DNA of 64,000 nt, taken from contig VGVV01000001.1 of the NCBI GenBank assembly GCA_016873895.1, positions 287,286 through 351,285 on the forward strand. Reading direction: 5' to 3'. This stretch comes from Ignavibacteria bacterium (GTDB taxonomy: Bacteria; Bacteroidota; Ignavibacteria; Kapaibacteriales; Kapaibacteriaceae). Positions 9,877-18,943 of this stretch are shown piece by piece (position 1 is the first letter of the stretch; every line of letters starts with the position of its first letter). The position numbers and the translations under genes are program-made. The notes under the pieces were generated by a model that made no database searches, was not told the origin of the DNA, and saw only the letters and a list, made by a program, of their open reading frames with translations.

Positions 9877-10761
9877 TCACTGCGCGCTAGCTAGCGCCTC
9901 CGCACCCCCAACAATTTCCAACATTTCTGTTGTAATCGCTGCTTGGCGTTCACGGTTATAAACAAGCTGCAGGGCGGTAATCAGTTCACGTGCGTTTGTC
10001 GTGGCATTTTCCATCGCCATACGACGGGCCGCATTTTCTGCTGCATTTGAATCAAGCAGGCCAGTCCAAATCTGCAGTTTGATATACATCGGAAGCAACG
10101 TGTTGAGTATCTCTCCCTGCGTAGGCTCATAGATGTAATCAACGTTGGAAGATGTTGACGCATCATTTGTGGTTGGAACGATCGGAAGAAGCTGCGTTGT
10201 GCGAACTTCCTGACGCATCACATTAACAAACTGGTTGCCAATGATCTCAACGTGATCGTAAACTCCACCAAGAAAACCATCTGTAACGATGTCTGCAATT
10301 TCTATTGCTGTAGAGTAATCAAGTTTTCCAAAGACATCGTTAAACTCTCGCACAACAGCGTCGGTACCCTTACGCGCTGCTGCAACAGACCTCTTGCCAA
10401 CTGGTACGAGGTGTATCTGTGCCTTAGGGTACGCTGCCTTAAGCTCGGCAATGCGAGTGGATACAACACGAAGCATGTTTGTATTAAATGCCCCACACAA
10501 GCCACGATCCGAGCTGATAGCTACTATGGCAACATTGTTAATGCTCTTGCGTTGCTCAAAGAAAGGGTGCACATAATCGGCGTCGGCAGACGATAGATTC
10601 CCGAGGATCTTTTGCACTTGATTAGCAAAGGGGCGAGCAGCAGTGATGGCATCTTGGGCACGACGTAACTTCGCCGTAGCCACCATGCTCATAGCCTGGG
10701 TAATCTTCGATGTGTTTTTAACCGATGTTATTCGGTCACGTGTTTCGCGTAGCGTTGCCAT
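9877..10761 (-). CDS. atpG: F1 ATP synthase gamma subunit
   Basis: KITQAMSMVATAKLRRAQ, SDRGLCGAFN, AMENATTNA, RQAAITTEMLEIVGGAEAL. Confidence 0.99.
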   Translation of the reverse strand: MATLRETRDRITSVKNTSKITQAMSMVATAKLRRAQDAITAARPFANQVQKILGNLSSADADYVHPFFEQRKSINNVAIVAISSDRGLCGAFNTNMLRVVSTRIAELKAAYPKAQIHLVPVGKRSVAAARKGTDAVVREFNDVFGKLDYSTAIEIADIVTDGFLGGVYDHVEIIGNQFVNVMRQEVRTTQLLPIVPTTNDASTSSNVDYIYEPTQGEILNTLLPMYIKLQIWTGLLDSNAAENAARRMAMENATTNARELITALQLVYNRERQAAITTEMLEIVGGAEALASAQ

Positions 10762-10789
10762 CGTGCTTTCCGACTCTAAGCAATGAGAT

Positions 10790-11749
10790 TCAACAATATG
10801 GCCACTCTTGTGTGAGATAGCCGTTTACATAGTCAGCAATTGTATTCTCGAGTTCTTCGAACGTGAATTCCGGCAACAATCGACGGAACGTTGCCATGTC
10901 TGCTTGCGTGTTGTTTTGATACTGCTTCGCCAACGACTCCGGCATATCAACATAGGTGATCGAAGCGCTTCGACCCATCGCAGAAAACACCGCGTTCATG
11001 AGGTCGTTCCATGTGCGAGCTTTGCCTGTTCCTACGTTCACAATCCCGCTGAGTGTTGGGTTGTTGAGCAGCTCTATCATAACGCTGCAGACATCCTTCA
11101 CATAAACAAAGTCTCGCATCTGCCCACCATCTGCATAGGCTGGATCGTTGCTCTTGAAAAGCGTCACCGAGCCAGTAGCCAGGATTTGAGGAACAGCTTT
11201 GGAAACAAGGCTTGCCATCGAACCCTTGTGGTACTCATTCGGGCCAAACACATTAAAGAACTTAAGCCCTGCACAGGCCCCTTCCATGCCCTCGCTTCGA
11301 ATCCACTGATCAAAAAGATGCTTGGAATAGCCATACATATTCAGCGGACGCAAATCCGTTTCCGTGTCTGCATACCCGCGGCTGCCGCTTCCATAGGTAG
11401 CAGCACTGCTGGCATAGATAAACCGAGCGTTATTCTCGAATGCGAACTGAGCTACGTCAACGCTGTACTGGTAATTGTTGTCGTAGAGGTAATCAGCATT
11501 TGTCTCCGTTGTTGCCGAACAGGCTCCCATATGGATAACTGCATCTGCATCTTCGATTTCGCCGATAGCCATGAGCTCTCGAAAATCTTCCTTGCTAACG
11601 ATGTCAATGTACGTTTTACCAACTAGGTTCTTCCACTTCGTGCCAGAACCCAGTGAATCAACAATCAGCACATCTGTTCTGCCGATGGCATTTAATCGAG
11701 CAAGCATGCAGCTGCCGATAAACCCTGCTCCACCGGTCAGAATGATCAT
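10790..11749 (-). CDS. hldD: ADP-L-glycero-D-manno-heptose 6-epimerase
   Basis: MIILTGGAGFIGS, HMGACSATTE, YASSAATYG, PLNMYGYSK (YxxxK), FFNVFGPNEYHKGSMAS, RDFVYVKDV are typical of RfaD/HldD. Confidence 0.93.
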   Translation of the reverse strand: MIILTGGAGFIGSCMLARLNAIGRTDVLIVDSLGSGTKWKNLVGKTYIDIVSKEDFRELMAIGEIEDADAVIHMGACSATTETNADYLYDNNYQYSVDVAQFAFENNARFIYASSAATYGSGSRGYADTETDLRPLNMYGYSKHLFDQWIRSEGMEGACAGLKFFNVFGPNEYHKGSMASLVSKAVPQILATGSVTLFKSNDPAYADGGQMRDFVYVKDVCSVMIELLNNPTLSGIVNVGTGKARTWNDLMNAVFSAMGRSASITYVDMPESLAKQYQNNTQADMATFRRLLPEFTFEELENTIADYVNGYLTQEWPYC

Positions 11750-11758
11750 GGTTCGTCC

Positions 11759-13309
11759 TTACACTGTTGTTGCAAAGCGCTCAGTGAAGCTCGTTAGAGC
11801 GGCATTGAGTTTTGCTAGCACATCGTCTGTTAGAGCCTTGTGTACGCGCAAATCGTTGATGATGTCTGCCTGATTTGCATGAACAAAGTCCAACAGCTCA
11901 GACTCATAACGCTTGATGCTTTCAACAGGTAGCTCGTCCATGTAGCCATTCGACGCAGCATAGATTACAACAACCTGATCTTCTACTGTTACTGGCGAGT
12001 ACTGAGGCTGTTTCATCACTTCGAGAAGGCGAGCGCCACGACGAAGCTGCTGTTGTGTTGTCTTGTCAAGATCCGATCCAAAACGAGCAAATGCCTCGAG
12101 AGCACGGAACTGAGCAAGGTCGAGCTTCAACGGCCCCGCAACCTTTTTCATAGCCTTGATTTGAGCATTACCACCCACACGAGATACAGAGATGCCAACG
12201 TTCAGAGCAGGACGTACGCCAGCGTTGAACAAGCTTGGCTCGAGATAAATCTGACCATCAGTAATGGAGATAACGTTCGTTGGGATATACGCAGATACGT
12301 CCCCTGCTTGTGTCTCAATAACTGGCAACGCGGTTAGAGATCCACCGCCAAGGTTGTCGCTAAGCTTTGCTGCGCGTTCTAGAAGGCGGCTGTGGAGATA
12401 AAATACGTCTCCAGGATATGCTTCACGTCCTGGTGGACGGCGAAGTAGCAGCGATACCTGGCGATATGCGGCGGCCTGCTTTGACAAGTCATCATAAATC
12501 ACCAATGCATGACGTCCGTTATCACGGAAGTACTCACCCATCGAGCAACCGCTATACGGTGCAACGAACTGCAACGGAGCTGGGTCTGAAGCAGTTGCAG
12601 CCACAACAGTTGTGTACTCCATAGCCCCGTACTTTTCAAGCGTTGCAACAACATTGGCAACGGTCGAGCCCTTCTGACCGATAGCAACGTACACGCAATA
12701 CACAGGCTTGATGCCCTGCTCATGTGCTTCTTTGGTGTGCGTGTACTTCTGGTTGATGATTGCATCGAGTGCAACAGTTGTCTTACCTGTTTGACGGTCT
12801 CCAATGATCAGCTCGCGCTGTCCGCGACCGATAGGGATCAGAGCATCGATCGCCTTGATACCCGTTTGAAGGGGCTCGGTAACCGGCTGGCGATCGATCA
12901 CACCGAGTGCTTTACGCTCGATCGGATAGAATGCGGATTCTTTAATCGGCCCCTTACCATCCATTGGGCGCCCAAGTGGGTCTACCACGCGGCCCACGAG
13001 GCCATCGCCGACAGGAACCGAAGCGATGCGACCCGTACGGCGAACTTGATCGCCTTCCTTCACCAGCGAGTCGTCGCCGAAAAGAACTGCACCAACATTG
13101 TCTTCTTCAAGGTTGAGAACCATCCCGACAACGCCGTTCGGGAACTCAACAAGTTCAGAGGCCATCACATTTGTGAGACCATAGATACGAGCAACCCCGT
13201 CTCCTACCTGAAGCACAGTGCCAACTTCATATACATCTGTCTCCTTGTCGAATCCCGTTAACTGTCTACGGAGTATCGCGGAGATCTCATCTGGGCGAAC
13301 ATCAGCCAT
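11759..13309 (-). CDS. atpA: F1 ATP synthase alpha subunit
   Basis: [49 protein letters not shown]. Confidence 0.99.
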   Translation of the reverse strand: MADVRPDEISAILRRQLTGFDKETDVYEVGTVLQVGDGVARIYGLTNVMASELVEFPNGVVGMVLNLEEDNVGAVLFGDDSLVKEGDQVRRTGRIASVPVGDGLVGRVVDPLGRPMDGKGPIKESAFYPIERKALGVIDRQPVTEPLQTGIKAIDALIPIGRGQRELIIGDRQTGKTTVALDAIINQKYTHTKEAHEQGIKPVYCVYVAIGQKGSTVANVVATLEKYGAMEYTTVVAATASDPAPLQFVAPYSGCSMGEYFRDNGRHALVIYDDLSKQAAAYRQVSLLLRRPPGREAYPGDVFYLHSRLLERAAKLSDNLGGGSLTALPVIETQAGDVSAYIPTNVISITDGQIYLEPSLFNAGVRPALNVGISVSRVGGNAQIKAMKKVAGPLKLDLAQFRALEAFARFGSDLDKTTQQQLRRGARLLEVMKQPQYSPVTVEDQVVVIYAASNGYMDELPVESIKRYESELLDFVHANQADIINDLRVHKALTDDVLAKLNAALTSFTERFATTV

Positions 13310-13354
13310 TCTGCTAATTCCTTGAGTATTGTTTCATTTATCGTTGTTGGTGTT

Positions 13355-13894
13355 TTATGCCGAGGCAAGCTTGTGCTTCAGCACGTGTAGTTGATGTCGT
13401 AGTGAACCGTCCTGGATTTGATCACCAATGCGGATTACCGCGCCACCCATGATGGCAGGATCAACCCTGTATGATGCGACAACCTTCTTACCCAGTTTCT
13501 TTCCGATTGATGTCTCGAGCGCTGAACGCTGGCTTGCCTCTATCTCTACTGCAGATGTAACCTCGATACGCTCGATCTTCTCGATGCCGTCCACAAGGGA
13601 ACGAAACTGACCACTGATCTCGCGCCATAGATCCCCACGCCCCTTGTCGATAACAAGGTTGAAGAATTCAAGCATTTCAGGGGTAACAGTGCTTGCTAAT
13701 GCTTCCTGGAGAACAGCCTTCTTAACTCTGCTTTCGATAACGGGGCTACGCAGCATGGATCGCAGGTCTCGCGAAGCTTCTGCAGTTGAACGCAATGTTT
13801 CAACATCACGTGTAACGGCCTCGAGAATGTTTTTGTCGACGGCAACGCTCAGCAGTGCCTTAGCGTAACGTCGAGAAATCTTGAGTGTAGACAT
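13355..13894 (-). CDS. atpH: F1 ATP synthase delta subunit
   Basis: ISRRYAKALL, EVTSAVE, VDPAIMGGAVIRIGDQIQDGS; operon position. Confidence 0.97.
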   Translation of the reverse strand: MSTLKISRRYAKALLSVAVDKNILEAVTRDVETLRSTAEASRDLRSMLRSPVIESRVKKAVLQEALASTVTPEMLEFFNLVIDKGRGDLWREISGQFRSLVDGIEKIERIEVTSAVEIEASQRSALETSIGKKLGKKVVASYRVDPAIMGGAVIRIGDQIQDGSLRHQLHVLKHKLASA

Positions 13895-13900
13895 GGTGGT

Positions 13901-14395
13901 TTAGTTCTTTGAGAGTTCGTTCACGTAATCATCGACGATACGCTTGTGATCGTCGCCCTGCAGGTTGCGACCAAGCAGCTTTTCTGTCGCATCCACAACA
14001 AGCGTAGATACTTCCGCGCGCAGTGCTTTGATTGCATCATCCTTTTGACGCTCTATCTCGCGTTGAGCTTCGGTAAGCTTCTGCTGCTTCACGTGCTCTG
14101 CCTCTTCTGCTGCCTTGCGGATAATCGACTCGGCTTGCACACGACCCTCCTTGATAATCTCCATCGTTTCGCGCTGCGCCTTGGCAATGCGCTCCTGATT
14201 GTCCTTGATCAGCTCTTGTGCCTCTCGATTTGCATTTTCAGCTGCAGTAATCGCATCGCGTATGGATGCTTCACGCGCTGCGATACCATCGCGCATTGGC
14301 TTCCAGCCGAACTTGCCAATAATCAAGGCAAAGATTGAGAAATTGATAAGGGTCCAGATGACTAGACCGGGCTCGAACTGCAAAAATGCTGGCAT
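13901..14395 (-). CDS. atpF: Fo ATP synthase subunit b
   Basis: PGLVIWTLINF..KFGWKP TM segment followed by a coiled coil. Start moved to ATG 14395 (MPAFLQF). Confidence 0.96.
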   Translation of the reverse strand: MPAFLQFEPGLVIWTLINFSIFALIIGKFGWKPMRDGIAAREASIRDAITAAENANREAQELIKDNQERIAKAQRETMEIIKEGRVQAESIIRKAAEEAEHVKQQKLTEAQREIERQKDDAIKALRAEVSTLVVDATEKLLGRNLQGDDHKRIVDDYVNELSKN

Positions 14396-14435
14396 TGAAG
14401 TCTTCCGTCGAAACGAGGTTGAAACACTGTCACTT

Positions 14436-14504
14436 ACCGATAACATCGGTCTTCGAGAGTTGCACGCAACACCCGAAGACCGACCCTGCAGGCAGGATCG
14501 GGTG
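14436..14504 (-). promoter_or_regulatory. Structured atpE-atpF intergenic mRNA element (overlapping hairpins)
   Basis: Inverted repeats: TCGGTCTTCG 14446-14455 / CGAAGACCGA 14474-14483 with inner GTTGC/GCAAC; ACCGAT/ATCGGT 14436-14450; CCGACCCTG/CAGGATCGG 14480-14501. Confidence 0.65.
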
Positions 14505-14511
14505 ATTTACA

Positions 14512-14754
14512 TTACTGCTTAACAGCAAGAAGAATACATACAACGCCTGCCAAAAGCGCAACACCTTCGATAAGAGCTGCACCAATGATCATCGTTGTGC
14601 GGATATCTCCAGCGTTCTCTGGCTGACGGCTGCTCGCTTCAAGAGCTGCCGCTGCAAGACGACCGATACCGGTGCCTACACCAAATACTGTGATTCCGAG
14701 TCCGATGCCTGCTGAAAGCCAAGCAAAAGCAACTGATCCTATTTGTGCTTCCAT
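14512..14754 (-). CDS. atpE: Fo ATP synthase subunit c (H+-type)
   Basis: 80 aa from ATG 14754; GIGLG..GVGTGIG, RQPE loop, ALIEGVAL carrying the proton-binding Glu and lacking the Na+ E-S/T motif. Confidence 0.98.
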   Translation of the reverse strand: MEAQIGSVAFAWLSAGIGLGITVFGVGTGIGRLAAAALEASSRQPENAGDIRTTMIIGAALIEGVALLAGVVCILLAVKQ

Positions 14755-14815
14755 GTGATACCCTTCCAAATGAAGTAATTGTGAATAATGTGATTGATTC
14801 CGACGTAGTAAGCGA

Positions 14816-15916
14816 TTAATGTGATGCCGCATGGTCATGATGATGGTCGTGCGCGGCATGATCACCTAGCGCAAGACCAACGAACACTGCCGAGAGCATC
14901 GTAAAGATGTAGGCCTGCAAGAATGCAACAAGCAGTTCAAGCAGATAGATGAACACCGAGAACAATACGCTGATCGGTGCAACACCCCAACCAACAACCT
15001 CCCCCATTTCCTGCGCAAAGAAAAAGATCAGTCCAACAAGCGAGAGAAGAACGATGTGTCCGGCAGTCATGTTCGCAAACAAACGGATCATCAACGCAAA
15101 AGGCTTTGTGATGATACCAACAACTTCAATCGGCACCATGATTGGAGAGATATAAACAGGTGCCCCTCCCAAGAGGTGCTTAAACCATGAGCCCACTCCA
15201 GCATCCTTGAATGCTATGTAGTTCACTACCAACAGCGTTGTTGTAGCAAGTGCCATCGTTACCGGGAGAGCGCCTGTAGCTGCGTGAGCGCCCGGCAGCA
15301 GGGATATCAGGTTGAGCGTGAGAATAAAGAAAAACAGACTCAACATGTATGGCATCAGGCGCATTGCACGCTTATCAGTGCCAACATTGGGACGTACAAT
15401 CTGGTCGTGCACGTAAAGCACTACTGATTCGACCACATTCTGTATTCCACGAGGAGCGCTGATTGGGTTCTTCTTGTATCGACCGCGTGCTACAGCAAAG
15501 ACGATCGTCACAATGATCATCGCAATCCACTGATAGGCCACGAAGTTCGTAACCGAGAGGTCGAGCTTGGGTCCGGCAGGAGCGCCACCAGCATCCTGCA
15601 TCGTTGTACTCACTATATGGTGAGGAGCTGCCGGATGGTGCATTGTATACTCCCCCGACTCTTCCATCGCATGCAGATTGGGGTACACATGAAGCGAGTT
15701 ATACTGATCGACCAATACAACGGGCAGGATCTCGAACTTCCCAAAGAAGATATCCAATTCATGGTGGTCACCAAGCTTATCGAGCAGCTTGTTAAAGGTG
15801 AACTTGTCGGACGCTTCCGCAGTTGCTCCGTGAGCACCTGCAGCGTGCGCTGTGTCGTGGTGCGCCGCAGTTGCTGTCGTTGCTGAGTCGTGGTTTGCCG
15901 CTGGCTCTGTGCTCAT
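14816..15916 (-). CDS. atpB: Fo ATP synthase subunit a with His-rich termini
   Basis: PRGIQNVVE, KPFALMIRLFANMTAGH, LELLVAFLQAYIFTML. Confidence 0.98.
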   Translation of the reverse strand: MSTEPAANHDSATTATAAHHDTAHAAGAHGATAEASDKFTFNKLLDKLGDHHELDIFFGKFEILPVVLVDQYNSLHVYPNLHAMEESGEYTMHHPAAPHHIVSTTMQDAGGAPAGPKLDLSVTNFVAYQWIAMIIVTIVFAVARGRYKKNPISAPRGIQNVVESVVLYVHDQIVRPNVGTDKRAMRLMPYMLSLFFFILTLNLISLLPGAHAATGALPVTMALATTTLLVVNYIAFKDAGVGSWFKHLLGGAPVYISPIMVPIEVVGIITKPFALMIRLFANMTAGHIVLLSLVGLIFFFAQEMGEVVGWGVAPISVLFSVFIYLLELLVAFLQAYIFTMLSAVFVGLALGDHAAHDHHHDHAASH

Positions 15917-16281
15917 CCAATGAAACCTAATTCGTTAAATTCTTTTTTTTTATTCGGTCTCTTCACGTTCTGTAGCTGAAACTGCTTTTGCTTTTCCGTA
16001 GAGGAGTGAAAAAAAAACACCTCTACCATAAGGGTAACAAATGCAGAAATCGAAAACGTGAGTGCAAATACTAAATTATGCAGTTCAACCACAGCCAATC
16101 CTACGTATGCCAGTGCTACAACAATTACTCCGCGAGCTGCCAAACTCCCAAAAATCATTGCCATGAATACATTCATCTCTTTCGTAGATGCCTTCTTAGC
16201 AATCACGTAGCCAACGAGTGAGTTGGAGACGCTGATTGCTAACGCAATAATTACCGCTACGAATGGATTCTTAACATCCAC
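15913..16281 (-). CDS. AtpI-like membrane protein (ATP synthase accessory)
   Basis: GTG start, about 4 TM segments, ATGA overlap with atpB; position typical of uncI-like genes. Confidence 0.7.
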   Translation of the reverse strand: MDVKNPFVAVIIALAISVSNSLVGYVIAKKASTKEMNVFMAMIFGSLAARGVIVVALAYVGLAVVELHNLVFALTFSISAFVTLMVEVFFFHSSTEKQKQFQLQNVKRPNKKKEFNELGFIG

Positions 16282-16287
16282 GTGTTG

Positions 16288-16539
16288 CTACTGCCTTCCG
16301 TTGTGTGTACCGTCTTCACGTTGAGAACTCTTCGCCAGACGCTGAACAGTTCGAAAAAACTGTGTCATCCCAACCACGCTGCCAAAAACTACTCCACTCA
16401 ACACTCCAACCGGCGAAGATCCAAGTTGTATGTCCGCCCAATATCCAACAGCTCCGCAAACAAGCACCGTACTGGCAAGCTGAACGCCTAAACTCAGATA
16501 CGGAGCAACCTGCTGCATGGCAGATGTTTTGGACTGCAC
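16288..16539 (-). CDS. AtpZ/AtpI family small membrane protein
   Basis: YLSLGVQLA..GAVGYWAD..GSSP.GVL.G..G pattern of the two-TM AtpZ/AtpI family. Start is GTG 16539 or ATG 16518. Confidence 0.85.
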   Translation of the reverse strand: MQSKTSAMQQVAPYLSLGVQLASTVLVCGAVGYWADIQLGSSPVGVLSGVVFGSVVGMTQFFRTVQRLAKSSQREDGTHNGRQ

Positions 16540-16567
16540 GTGGGGTACCCCATCGAAAAAACGTGCG

Positions 16568-16575
16568 CAAAAATA
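16568..16575 (-). promoter_or_regulatory. Putative atp-operon promoter -7/-10 element TATTTTTG
   Basis: Exact match to the Bacteroidota TAnnTTTG consensus, about 30 nt upstream of the first atp gene. Confidence 0.6.
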
Positions 16576-16587
16576 GGTCGTAAGCGC

Positions 16588-17937
16588 TTAATAGCCCAAT
16601 TCACGAAGCGTATTGATAACAGCTTCGCCATAGATATTTACACTCTCGCCATACCAAGCGCCATCTGGAACAAATCGCAGTGCGCCGTATGTGGATGGAT
16701 CAAGGGGCTCAACAGCACTGGTAGCAATCAAACTGCGCTCGTCAGGACGGAACTCATTGTCATAGTCCGTAACGGCTATAGCGCACCCAAACTCCACAGG
16801 TGTTTTGATATCCACAGGGGCTTGCTGATACCCTAAAAGAGCGAACGGGATGCGAATCTTAACGATATAGCCACCACGACGCTTCGCAGAAACAACCCTA
16901 AGTTGTTTCTTGGCATTGAGTTGCGCTGGATCTAAGTCGTCCGTTGTCTTGATAAAGACCTTTGGCAAGTTGTCTCCAAAATCACCAAGTCGTATGGAAA
17001 ACGTATACAGGCCAGAGTCTGAAGTTCGTCGCAGCACTACGTCGTCTTTGTCGATACTCTCGATATACCGTGACCTCTGCTGCTCCTGTTGAGGGAAAAC
17101 ATCAAACAACAATTCAACCTGATCTGCTATACAGGTATCGCACCAACCGGTTACAATGTTTGAGTCTCTGACATGTATACGAGCATACAAATAGTCGTCG
17201 TCGTAAACCATTCTGGCTGTAAAGGAGGCATCCGACTCGCCCGACCACCAGTAAGCTCCCTCAGGAACATAATCTGTACTTTGCACCAACACTTCGGGCA
17301 CATAGCCGGCATAGACTTGTCTGCTTCTGCTGTAACAGGGAATCGTGAGAAACTCCGTGGAGAAGATTTCCTCGTCTCTCTTGTTGGCTAGCTTCTCACG
17401 TGTAATCAAACTCTGAAACGACCGAAAGCTCTCGTGTTGCAATCCCTCGATCCTATCGCTCACAAATTCATCAACAAGAACAACAGCCCCCTCTGTAAAG
17501 CGGTATCCACGAATTGTCCAGTCCTCCGCTTTGCGTTTTCGTGTAACGTAACACGCAACATCCTTGATCACTACTCCTACCTCAAGAGGCAACTCAACGT
17601 ATTGGAACGGCATCCGAGATACGGGCACGAGATACCCCTCCACATCTGCAAACATGTATACAATGCATTCACGCTTGCGATTGCCGAGTACCTGGACAGA
17701 CAAAGCCAAGTCATAGTATCCATCACCACTAAAATCACCTACATCCCAGCCCCAGATCCTATAGCTGGATCCTTGTGGCATAGCCATACGTACGTCGCCC
17801 AGCAAATCCTCTGCAAAGTAGGGGTCTGCCCTGCGCGTGAACTCGTCAAAGTCCATCCCTGCCTGGGCCTGCATACCAGACGGACACACGAAAACACACA
17901 CTGCAACAGCAGCAATTATGCGGACAAGAGTTTTCAC
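16588..17937 (-). CDS. Secreted protein with C-terminal CBM9/DOMON-like sugar-binding domain
   Basis: Start moved to GTG 17937, giving a signal peptide ending MQA|Q. DFSGDGYYD Ca-binding-like loop; YDDDYLYARIHVRD, DQVELLFD, GYIVKIRIPF, AVTDYD CBM9-like motifs. Confidence 0.7.
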   Translation of the reverse strand: MKTLVRIIAAVAVCVFVCPSGMQAQAGMDFDEFTRRADPYFAEDLLGDVRMAMPQGSSYRIWGWDVGDFSGDGYYDLALSVQVLGNRKRECIVYMFADVEGYLVPVSRMPFQYVELPLEVGVVIKDVACYVTRKRKAEDWTIRGYRFTEGAVVLVDEFVSDRIEGLQHESFRSFQSLITREKLANKRDEEIFSTEFLTIPCYSRSRQVYAGYVPEVLVQSTDYVPEGAYWWSGESDASFTARMVYDDDYLYARIHVRDSNIVTGWCDTCIADQVELLFDVFPQQEQQRSRYIESIDKDDVVLRRTSDSGLYTFSIRLGDFGDNLPKVFIKTTDDLDPAQLNAKKQLRVVSAKRRGGYIVKIRIPFALLGYQQAPVDIKTPVEFGCAIAVTDYDNEFRPDERSLIATSAVEPLDPSTYGALRFVPDGAWYGESVNIYGEAVINTLRELGY

Positions 17938-17944
17938 AAGGGGC

Positions 17945-18943
17945 TTACTTGGCAGCAGCAGAATCCAATATCGTATCACGAACTTCAATGTGGCTAGCCT
18001 TAAGGCGAGCACCAAACTGCGCAACAACCTGTGCTGAGGCATATGATGCAAGCCTAGCTGCATGCTCTGGGTGATGTCCATGAAGTACACCATACAAAAA
18101 TGCTCCAGCATACATATCACCTGCACCCGTTGCATCCACGGCATCTACTGCATAGGCCGGAACACTTGCCTCGATTCCATTCCATGCAACCCGGGATCCC
18201 TGCGGCCCCTTGGTAACAACAACATGAGAAAAATCAGAGGCGAGCTTACGGAATGCTTCATCAGCATGGTGCTCTTGCGTTAGTGCCGAGGCCTCGCGCT
18301 CGTTTGCAAATACGAGATCAGTGCGCTTCAATACATCACGCAGCTTGTCGCCAAAGACATCTACAATAAACCCATCAGAACAACTTACCGCCACATTGGT
18401 ATGGTGCTTCTTCGCATAAAACAGCGCCATATCTACAGCTTCGGTGCCATTGTCATCGGTTAGCTTATAGCCCTCGATATAGAGCCATTGACTCTGGGCA
18501 ATGAGATCTTCCTGAACATGATCCCGACTGAAGTGTTGATTCACTGCCAGCGTTGTATTAAGTGTACGCTCACTATCCGCAGTGATGAGCACCAAACAGG
18601 ACCCGGTTGCTGCACCAGGTACAACCTCTGCGGAGAGAACAATGCCCATGTCTCGAAACTCTGATGCGTAGAACTCACCATAGTGATCAGCACCGAGAAT
18701 GGACTTGTATGCAGCTTGACCTCCAAACTGCGCAAAGGCAATAACAGTGTTGGCAGCCGAGCCGCCACTGCATCGATGCGCATCTCGCGATCCTAGAGCA
18801 CGGATCATCTCGTGCTGCCTCTCTGCATCCGTAAGGGTCATAGCCCCCTTATCAACACCGAATGATTTCAGCTCGTCTTCGGTTACTTTGTACTCTATGT
18901 CCACAAGAGCGTTGCCAAGACCCGTTAGCAGGATTCGTTTCAT
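17945..18943 (-). CDS. PfkB-family carbohydrate/adenosine kinase
   Basis: GNALVD, GGSAANT, FANEREA, DATGAGDMYAGAFL. Confidence 0.92.
   Translation of the reverse strand: MKRILLTGLGNALVDIEYKVTEDELKSFGVDKGAMTLTDAERQHEMIRALGSRDAHRCSGGSAANTVIAFAQFGGQAAYKSILGADHYGEFYASEFRDMGIVLSAEVVPGAATGSCLVLITADSERTLNTTLAVNQHFSRDHVQEDLIAQSQWLYIEGYKLTDDNGTEAVDMALFYAKKHHTNVAVSCSDGFIVDVFGDKLRDVLKRTDLVFANEREASALTQEHHADEAFRKLASDFSHVVVTKGPQGSRVAWNGIEASVPAYAVDAVDATGAGDMYAGAFLYGVLHGHHPEHAARLASYASAQVVAQFGARLKASHIEVRDTILDSAAAK

Noticed and set aside
15943-16017. Two 9-nt homopolymers in the atpI-like gene; A AAA AAA could slip -1 into the atpB frame
   Set aside because: The -1 frame hits TAA two codons later (aga att taa), so no AtpI-AtpB fusion results; the tracts simply encode KKK and FFF
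9877-16539. Absence of atpD/atpC from the atp operon
   Set aside because: Split atp operons with atpDC elsewhere are known in Bacteroidota/Chlorobi
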